From assembly GCA_964016885.1 (NCBI GenBank), contig OZ024740.1, positions 270,196,001 through 270,260,000 on the forward strand: a stretch of DNA of 64,000 bases, read 5' to 3'. Position 1 is the stretch's first letter; each line of letters opens with the position of its first letter. Below, in pieces: positions 54,846 to 64,000 of this stretch. The notes below the pieces were generated by a model, which worked only from the letters and a program-made list of their open reading frames with translations, made no database searches and was not told where the DNA came from. A program made the position numbers and the translations under genes. This DNA is from Eledone cirrhosa. Its lineage: Eukaryota.

Positions 54846-55985
54846 TGGTGGCTGCCAACTCGTTTTCGAGTACAGTCACTACTTTATATCCATGTAGGAG
54901 AACCCCTACCGATGCCCTGAACGAGTGTGACTTTTTAGTCCAGCCAGCGACTTGAAAACTCTGGTGCAAACACGAAACTTGTGACAATTATTGACACATA
55001 GTACTGGGCCCATGGTACCATGTGACGACAAGTGCAGTGAGATCTCCAGATATAAAGCAATGCCTGTGCCATGAAGCTTTTATAGTGAGCAAAGGCACTG
55101 CACAAAGCCAGTCCCACTCTCTTAACCAAGATGATATTTACCAAAAAGAAGAACAAGTCAACATCATTGGATACCATCAGGGTTGCAGGTGTTATATCAG
55201 AGTTTTCCTTCTCCTAGAATTCTGCCTTGACAAAGGCTAAGGGGTCATCTCTCCCAGTGATTTTGGATGGCCATTGACTCTTAAGAGCTCCTTTGTTTTT
55301 AGTCCTGCAGGATGTCCAAAGTCACCCTCCTCACCAAGAAACCTTGGTGGGGTTGCCAGTTTAGTCGCCAACGACCCGACCATGAGACAGGTTGTATTGG
55401 GATACATGTTACCAGTAGCACCAAGTGGTGACCTGACATACATACATGTATACATACATACATGTATACATGCATACAAACATACATGCATACATATACA
55501 TGCATACATATATACATGCAAGCATACATACATACATGATGGCTGCCAACTCGTTTTCGAGTACGGCCACTACTTTATATCCATGTAGGAGAACCCCTAC
55601 CGATGCGCTGAACGAGTGTGACTTTTTAGTCCAGCCAGCGACTTGAAAACTCTGGTACAAACACTACACTTGTGACAATTATTGACACATAGTGCTGGGC
55701 CCTTGGTACCATGTGACGACAAGTGCAGAGAGATCTCCAGATATAAAGCAATGCCTGTGCCGTGAAGCTTTTATAGTGAGCAAAGGCACTGCACAAAGCC
55801 AGTCCCACTCTCTTAACCAAGATGATATTTACCAAAAAGAAGAACAAGTCAACATCATTGGATACCATCAGGGTTGCAGGTGTTATATCAGAGTTTTCCT
55901 TCTCCTAGAATTCTGCCTTGACAAAGGCTAAGGGGTCATCTCTCCCGGTGATTTTGGATGGCCATTGACTCTTAAGAGCTCCTTT
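54846..55985 (-). mobile_element. Two tandem copies of a non-coding retroelement with (ATGT)n tails (54846-55437 and 55517-55985)
   Basis: Near-identical copies with a shared 3' end (gagttggcagcca.c-(atgt)n) and different 5' ends. (TACA)n lies between and around them. Confidence 0.75.
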
Positions 55986-56090
55986 GTATGTAAGCATACA
56001 TATATACATACATGCATGCCTACATACATGTATAGATACATACATACATGTATACATACTTACATGCATGCATAGACACATATATACATG

Positions 56091-56548
<458 letters not shown>

Positions 56549-56779
56549 ATTTTTGACTCTGTATCCAATGAATTATATTGTTGAAAATGTTGTCTTAAAC
56601 CTTGCTTCAGGACATCTTCTACATACGGATTACATTGAGTTCTTCATGCGGTTTAAACCCTACCATTGATTGGTAGATTTATCTGTATATATATATATAT
56701 ATATACCCACTCTACTACCTCAAGTATTGAGTACTTTGGTGCGTTATGGTCCACCTGGTTCCTTACCACACTTCCTTCG

Positions 56780-56817
<38 letters not shown>

Positions 56818-57570
56818 GAACATAAAAGGGAATTAAACACGGATATATAGACATATGTGTTCAAATCGTAAAGAACCAGGATCGCTAGGGTGAAAAATAT
56901 ACTACCTATAGCCATAAGGGTTTGCCAGACTCAATTTAAAAGATTAAATCAAGTTACCCCATACCTGTTTGTATTTACATACAGGTATGGCGTAACTACC
57001 AAACGCCCAGACACCTTTTGGCCGAACTGATTCGCAATTTAAGTGAAGAAGATTACCAATTCTTTGCTCATCGGTGCGTGTAAAATTAGTAAACTCTTCA
57101 CTTCTAAGTATCCCAGAAGACTGACTATTGTTCGTATATAAAATGAGGCACATGGCATCATTTTCCATAACTGGCAATTTAAAATAACTGAAAACAAGAA
57201 AATTTTGTGGTGCTCATGATAATACAATTTCCTACATTGGATGATAATAATAATAATAACAATAATAATTATAATAATAATAATAATGATTTCATTTATT
57301 GGCCACACGGGCCGACATAGAGGGGACAATACAAAAGACTGGGACAGTGGGGTTTTACAGAAAAATCGAGTAAACAATATGAATCACAATAACAAAGTAA
57401 CAATAACAAAGTAACAATAAAGTAACAAGAAAATTACGACAAGAAAAAAATTCCCCAATAGGGGGGATGACCACCTAGGGTTCGCTCAGGTACCCAACCA
57501 GTCCTGAACGAGACCCGACGCTTCGAGAGCACCCTGGAAGGGTACCCCTCTCCTCCTCAAATTTACCTAC

Positions 57571-60500
57571 CTACAGCCGCATGACCAGAGTAGGCCCACT
57601 CACACGGGCCATTCTCGCCACATTCACCCACCTTTCAGCAAATGTACTGGGGCGCAGCACTTCTCTCTCCACCCTCACCTTTCTTTCCAAGTAAAACTTG
57701 AAAAAGTTGATGAGGGATTGACCGAAGAGAAAAGTGTCTGTCTTCAGTCCTTTCAACCTCGTTCACCATACAACCTCTTTCGCTTCTGCCACCTAACAGA
57801 GGAAAATTGCCTGCCCTTCTTGGCCAAAAGAAGGCGGCGGGTCGATCTTCACTATGGACTCGGCCGATAGCCGGATCCGTTCTACACGCGACAACAGCTG
57901 TTCAACATAATTCACAAGTCAGTAATGCACGGACACTTGACGATGCGTGCAGAACGGTTTCGTGGCTCTGCGCGCATCTCGGGCAGGTCCGTCTGACAGC
58001 ACTTCCGTACCTGTAGAGTTTATCTCGAACCGGCAGTGCCCCCCGGTAGCACTGCCAAGCGAGGGATTTTTGGAAATTATCCATCGTCCCCGGCTCGAAA
58101 GTCCCCCGGTACAGACCGGTCAGTTCGTCTTCGTTGACTCCCAGAGCCTCTCCGAGTGCGTCGTCGCACTTGCCCACCACTAATCCCCCATAGAACTCGA
58201 GAGTGGAATTTCCACTGGCCGCATTGCCCGCCTGGTAGAGGGCAGTGAGTGCCTGGCAACATTCCAGATGCCAGTCACCCAGTCTCGGTCTCTTCTTGAC
58301 CCAGGACTGCAAGTCAGTCAAAGAAACGAGCTGCGGAAAGGCCCATCTGACAAACGCCGACCACACCTGTTCACCGTTTAGGCGGAATATCTGGAGATGC
58401 CGCAGCCTCAGCGCGTGCCTGCGCATCATTAGCCACGGCATGCGCAACCCTCCACGTAGAGGGTGCTGGCAGCAGATGAACCCCCTCACCAGCAGAACCT
58501 GACTCCTCCACAAGAATTTGAAGAGGAGCCGCTCCAAGATGGCGAGGCGCAAACGGGGGCAAGGGACGACTGTCAGACGGAAGTAGATGACGTTCGCCAC
58601 CTCCGCCCGACCTTTCAGTGATAGCTTCATCCCAGCCCATTTCTGAGTGAGACTGGCTACCCTGCCCGTCACCTCGTCCCAATTCTTATTCACCTGGAGG
58701 TCTAGACCGAACCAAACCCCGAGCAACTTTACCGGTCCGACCGACCAGCGCCTAACGACGCTGTTGGAAGGCATGGACTTGCCTCTCCAGCTGCCGAGTT
58801 GCAAGCCCACCGACTTTTCCGGGTTAAGTTTTGCTCCCGACAACCTTTCATATTATTCCAATAAGTTGCCGACCACCTCGATTTCTGAGGTGTCCGACAC
58901 CATCACGGTGATGTCGTCCGCATAAGCCGACACAGCCTTTCCGCGATCTGGTTCGAGCGGGATGCCCTGCAACAGCTTCAGCTTCCGCAGTAAAGGCTCG
59001 TGAGTCAATATGTACAGAAGGGAGGAGAGAGGGCACCCTTGACGGACCGATCGGGAGACCTGAAACGGTTCCGTGAGGTGGCCATTAATTTTGACCATCG
59101 AGCAGGTGCCGCTGTACATTGCAGCGATCCAGCTTCTTAAGACGGGGCCGAAGCCAGCCGCCTTGAGGACAGCCTCCAGGTACCGATGGTCGACTCTATC
59201 GAATGCTTTCGATTGATCTGAATTGATCAGATCCCCACCGAACCCAGGTTTACACCCCAGCCTCGCTATGACTTATCGCATTAGGTGGAGGTTGTCGTGT
59301 ATGGACCTGGTTGGGATTGCGCAAGTTTGCGCCTCCCCAACCAAATCCCCGACGACAAGCGCCAACCTCTTCGCTAACACCCTGGACAAAATCTTAAACA
59401 CTGTGTTGAGCAGAGTTATGGGCCTGAAATTGTCTAATGTGTCCGTCTTGTTCTCGTCTTTCCTTATTAGCGTCACTACTCCCCGGCTCACAGAACTGGG
59501 AATAATCCCGTTTTGCTGCCAGTTGCAGTAGAGGGCTTCGAGGAGATTGGAGAACAAGTCTGGCATATTTACGTAAAGCACGTAGGGCAGACCATCCAAA
59601 CCGGGTGACTTGCGCCTCATGCAGCCGACAAGGGCATCCTCAATCTCAGCTGAAGTAATTGCCCTTTCGCAGCGCCCAGCATCGGCCGTCGAGAGTTGCG
59701 GCAAGCCATCGAGGTAGGGACTGAAGTCCGCCACCGTCTCTGACCTGCCACTTCCCCCGAACAACCGAGCAAAATGTTGGCGAAAGGCCTCACACATCCG
59801 CCTGGAATCGTTCAGCTCGTGTCTCTCTCGGTCCGTCAAAGACTGAATCGTGGTTTTATTACCACGCTGCGCCTCTGCCACGCGGACCCATCGAACAGCT
59901 TTGGTTCTCTCGTTTCTCAGAGCACGGGCCTTAGTTCTGACAATGCAACCTTCGTGTTTTGCATTGAATAAATGGTCTAATGCTATTCTCGCCGCTAGCA
60001 CGTCAGTTGCAATGCAACTACCAATAGCCTCGTCTAACTTATCTACCAACTCCCCCTCCTTTCTATTTTTCTCTAACGCTACTTCTTTGCTAAACTCTAT
60101 CGACATTACTCTAATCTCTCTTTTGAGAGCCCCCCACCATCTATTGTTGACGACTCCGCCTGTCAACTTTTTCTTAACTAAATTGTTGACCTGGTCCCTG
60201 TAAGCCTTACGTGCCGGAAATGACATGTTTATCTTCCAGTAACCAGGTCCTAACCTACGCGTCATATCTAGGTCGACCATACAGATCACAAACTTGTGAT
60301 CTGAATAGGCGACCGTTTCAAAACGTGGACAGCTTACACTATTTCTGTCTATTTTCCTAATGAATATCCTGTCTATATACGATCTAGATGACCCTATTTG
60401 GTTAGTCCAGGTCCACACTAGCGCATTAGGGAAATCTAGTCGGTACCTGTCAGTCAGTTGGAACTGGCTGATCAGGTTCTTGAAGCTTTTGCACCCCCCG

Positions 60501-60963
60501 CTCCTATCGGATACTCCCACACAGTCCCAGCGTACGTCTAAGATGCCGTTCCAGTCCCCCGCTAACAGTAAATGGCGAGACGTACCCAGAAAGGCTTCCA
60601 GGCGTCTAAAGAAGTCCGGCCGTCCTGCCCCAGTAGGAGCATAGACGGCCACCAGTCTAAAGGCACCACCTTCGTTATTGTTCACGTCCAGGACCACCAA
60701 CTTCGCGTCCGGGTCCCTATCTCAAGATCCAGGCCTTTCCTAAACAGCACTGCCACCCCGCCTCTCATTCCCAGCCGGCTAACAGATTCAATGATCTGAT
60801 AGTCGTCGAAAATGGAGGCTAGTGCGCGCGTGTCGGAAATCCTGGTCTCGTTCACGGCAATTACATCCATTTCTAGAGACCTGAGGTCGTTGAACAGGGG
60901 ACCCTGCTTCCAGGACGATCCCAGGCTTCGAACATTTAAACATCTTACTCTTAATACGGCCAT
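57571..60963 (-). pseudogene. LINE ORF2 (AP endonuclease, reverse transcriptase, C-terminal zinc finger), frameshifted
   Basis: LNVRSL, VNET, VYAP, AGDWN, SYIDRIF, YSDHK, KSPGLDGLP, FRPITLLN, DQSKAFDRV, RQGCPLS, YADDIT, CPRC..ETVLHA. Confidence 0.92.
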
Positions 60964-60989
60964 GTTGGCAGGTTAAAAAGAGAGAGAGA

Positions 60990-62990
60990 AAACGTTTACT
61001 TACCTTCTGGGCTCTTGTGGAGGTCGGGTTGTACGACCTCCATAGTTGGTGGGATTTCTTTTGGGAACCCCTTTAAAAGACTTGAAGTGGGTTTTACGTT
61101 CGGGGTTCCCACGTCCCGAGGAAATCTGTCTCGTATTTCTTTGTATAAATCGAGCTACATTCGCACCAGAACCAAATCTTCCGGCACGCGAAATGTGCTT
61201 GATTTAAAAATTTCCCACTCTTTGTGTATATTTTCACTTCGTGCTACGGGGGTTATCAGTTCCTTGTTGGCCCTCCTGACGAGCACGAAGTTTTTTATGT
61301 TTAGGTTGTTTGCGTTTGGGGGATTCTGGTGATGGTGATGGTAGTGTTAATGTCGGTGTTATTGGAGAGATGTTGGCGTGGGTGGTGTCTGAATATTTTA
61401 GTGTGGGTGATTTTCTGCTTTGTTGAGTTTTTTTTCTTTTTGTGTTTCCTTTTTGTGTATTTTGGGGGATTTTGGTTTTCCTTCATCTTAAGTGTGTCTG
61501 TGTGTATTTTTATGGTTTTATTGGTGTGTGTATTTTGGGGGGAGGGGGAATTTGACAGATTTCCTCGTTTCCCCCCTGGGTGGTCAATGTTGGTGGTGGT
61601 CTTTCTATTGGTGTTGTTGTTGGTGGTTTTGCCGGTGCTGGTGTTGGTTGTGGTCCTCGCCCCGGCGCCGGCAGCCCTGGAGCCTTTCGACCCCTTGCCT
61701 CTTTCAGCAGTTGAGGGCAGAAAGCTCGCAAATGTTTTTTTTCCCCACAAACAAAACAATGCGGCCTTTTGACTTCGGTCATAATTGTTTCTACTTTAGG
61801 CACAAGGCCAGCAATTACGCAGTGCATTACTGGTACTTTATTTTATCAACCCCGTAAGGATGAAAGGCAAAGTCAACCTCGGCGGGATTTAAACTCAGAT
61901 CATAAAGGGACGTAACTATGCTGGAAAGCATGGCGTCCAACCCTCTACCAATACTGTCAATCCACCACCCTTCGGTCATAATGTGATTGACCGTCCCATC
62001 TGAAGGCGGATCTGATCCGGGATTGTTTTCACACTCTCGGGCCTGATCTGGAGAAGGATCTCCAGGTCAACCCCGGACCAGTCCTCTCTGGCAGTTCTGG
62101 TCACCTCTATAGGGACGGTATCCGTCCCCTCCACAATCACACATACCAGAAGCCACCACATGTCAAGTACTGGTGGGATTCTGGGAATGCGGAGACGGGC
62201 CGTTCTTTTTCCCATGTGGGAGGGGTACATTATGACCTTGCTGGTTTTGCAGGGAATCTTAGCATTTTCATAGCGAGGGCTTCTGACTTGAACAACACCG
62301 AAATGGTGCCGTACTGTCTGCCCCTCGCTATGTATTCGGTGTCTTCTCTAATGCACCTCAGCGCGACTTGTGGGATTAAAGCTGCCCTTTTGGTTTGTGC
62401 TGAGATGCATCTATAATTCACCGTTTTGCGCTCCACTGCCTCAATAGCTTCTACCGGGACAGTTAAGTTGGCCCAGGTTTGCTCTTGCTTGATGAGCTTC
62501 CATGCCTGGGCCAACTTTTCATCTTTGTTTGAGAGGTCCATGTTGAAGCATGGCCTCTTTTTTGCTGCTGCTGCGGCAGCGAAAGTGTTCTTCTTTTTGT
62601 TGTTGGGGGTGTTGTTGTCGTTGTTCTTGTTGGTGTTGTTGTTATCACTGTCGCTGTTATCATTGTTGTCTTTGTTGCCACCGTTGTTCTCGGTGCAGTT
62701 GGTATTGTTGCTGTTGGTGTTGTCGCGATTTGTTTTCATGTTGGTGGTGTTGATATTGTTGTTGCATTGTCATTTTTTTTTGTTATCTGTATTTTTGTTG
62801 TCGCTGTTACTGTCATTTTTATTAAAATTAGAGTTCTCATTGGTATCATTGGTGTCTTTGTTTACATTGTTTGTGGTGGTGTTTGTGTTATCAATTTGTG
62901 TTAATTTCGCTGTAGCGCTCCTCTCAACTTCTACGTCGTTGTCGTACGCTAGCAGACATATCGCTGGGGGCGTGGCTCAGACATGTTTTG
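60990..62990 (-). pseudogene. LINE ORF1 (Asn/Thr-rich region, RRM-like middle, CCHC zinc knuckle), disrupted; boundaries approximate
   Basis: ORF fragments at 62230-62739, 61976-62230 and 61510-61770 with CFVCGEKKHLRAFC. Position is upstream of ORF2. Confidence 0.7.
61786..61969 (-). mobile_element. SINE family A inserted in LINE ORF1
   Basis: 13-bp direct repeat cttcggtcataat at 61773-61785 and 61970-61982. Confidence 0.92.
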
Positions 62991-63159
62991 TTTTTTTCTC
63001 CGTAAATTTTTTAAAAGGTAAAACAAGTTCAAATATTTGGGCCAAAATGCCCAACTATTAGACTTTCCCCTTCACAACAAGAAATATTTAACAACAAATA
63101 TTTTTAACAGGCAAATAAAGCGACTTACTGGGAGCGAGCAAAATAAGTCCGATTAGACC

Positions 63160-63204
<45 letters not shown>

Positions 63205-63207
<3 letters not shown>

Positions 63208-64000
63208 GACTGTGTTCAGATGGAGAAAAACAACCTACACAAATACGTGACTGATAGTAGGGAGCCAATGCTCAGAATTGTACTGAAGGAGAGGACAATA
63301 GACCAGGGGATGTCCAAGGAGGAAATAACAACACGGAGAAAGAGCAACCTACATGAAAAAATCCCTTCAAAGTACCTTCTTTGAGAAAACTGAATTCAGA
63401 GATCCATAGTCATGGAACTGGTTAAAAAGAGGAGACCTTAAAAAGGCTACAGAAGGAATGCTAATGGCTGCGCAAGAGCAGGCCCTCAAAACGAAGTGGC
63501 TGAAACACCATATTTACAAGGAGGAGGCTAGCCCACTGTGTAGGATCTGTGGAGAGAGAGAGGAGACTGTGGCTCACATTGTATCCGAGTGTAAACACCT
63601 AGCTCAGACTCACTATAAAGGCTGGAGACATGATGTGATTGGCAGGGTGATCCACTGGCACCTATGCAAAGTAAATAATTTACCACATTCTGAGAAGTGG
63701 TATGAGCATAAGCCAGAGTCGGTGATAGAAAACAATCAGGTGAAGGTGCTGTGGGATTTTAGAATACAGACGGACAAGAAACAGGAACACAATAGACCTG
63801 ACCTGGTGGTTTTGGACAAGGAAACAAGATCGTGCCTGATTGTGGATGTGGCCTGCCCATTCGACACGAGAGTGCAAGAGAAGGAGAGGGAGAAAATTAA
63901 CCGATACCAGGACTTAAAGTGGGACGTAAAAAGGATTTGGAACTGCCATGAAGTCAAAGTGGTCCCGATTGTCATAGGCGCACTAGTGACTATCTCAAAG
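63205..64000 (+). mobile_element. R4/Dong-type non-LTR retrotransposon, 5'-truncated (CCHC plus PD-D/ExK endonuclease), runs off the window
   Basis: WLKRGDLKKATEGMLMAAQEQAL, CRICGEREETVAHIVSEC, RHD, LWDFRIQTD, NRPDLVVLD, IVDVACPFD, EKINRYQDL, VVPIVIGAL. Starts directly after (AAT)n. Not in the supplied ORF track. Confidence 0.9.

Larger units (their letters stand above)
57241..63159 (-). mobile_element. Near full-length L1/Tx1-type LINE, decayed
   Basis: 5' UTR, ORF1 with a CCHC knuckle, ORF2 with APE, RT and zinc finger, 3' UTR ending aataaatgaaatc(att)n. (ATT)n also lies immediately 5'. Confidence 0.9.

Noticed and set aside
61329-63061. Hydrophobic plus-strand ORFs (147 aa and 211 aa) that look like membrane proteins
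   Set aside because: They are antisense shadows of the A/C-rich low-complexity LINE ORF1.

Overview
This is AT-rich animal genomic DNA made almost entirely of nested transposable elements and microsatellites. The SINE families and the density of (TA)n suggest a cephalopod such as Octopus, but that is an inference. I found no convincing host-gene exon. There is one 200-N scaffold gap at 34756-34955. Main contents: (1) two Helitrons lying tail-to-tail (about 37.7-42.7 kb on +, and 43497-49835 on -); (2) a near full-length, decayed L1/Tx1-type LINE (57.2-63.2 kb, -) plus a 5'-truncated relative (10.2-11.5 kb, +); (3) Neptune-type Penelope-like elements (PLEs) with inverted pseudo-LTRs and hammerhead ribozymes; (4) fragments of R4/Dong, RTE and CRE-like LINEs, a deleted Tc1 and mariner-like MITEs; (5) about 14 copies of one tRNA-derived SINE. 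Most notable: the minus-strand Helitron RepHel carries about 21.5 near-identical 23-aa STPR-like repeats with a period-3 variant pattern, and the neighbouring Helitron has a separate antisense STPR-like repeat module. The abundant SINE shares its 3' end and an ATT-rich target preference with the Tx1-like LINE. Several hammerhead variants occur, including one with a branched stem II and one with a U3-A8 core.
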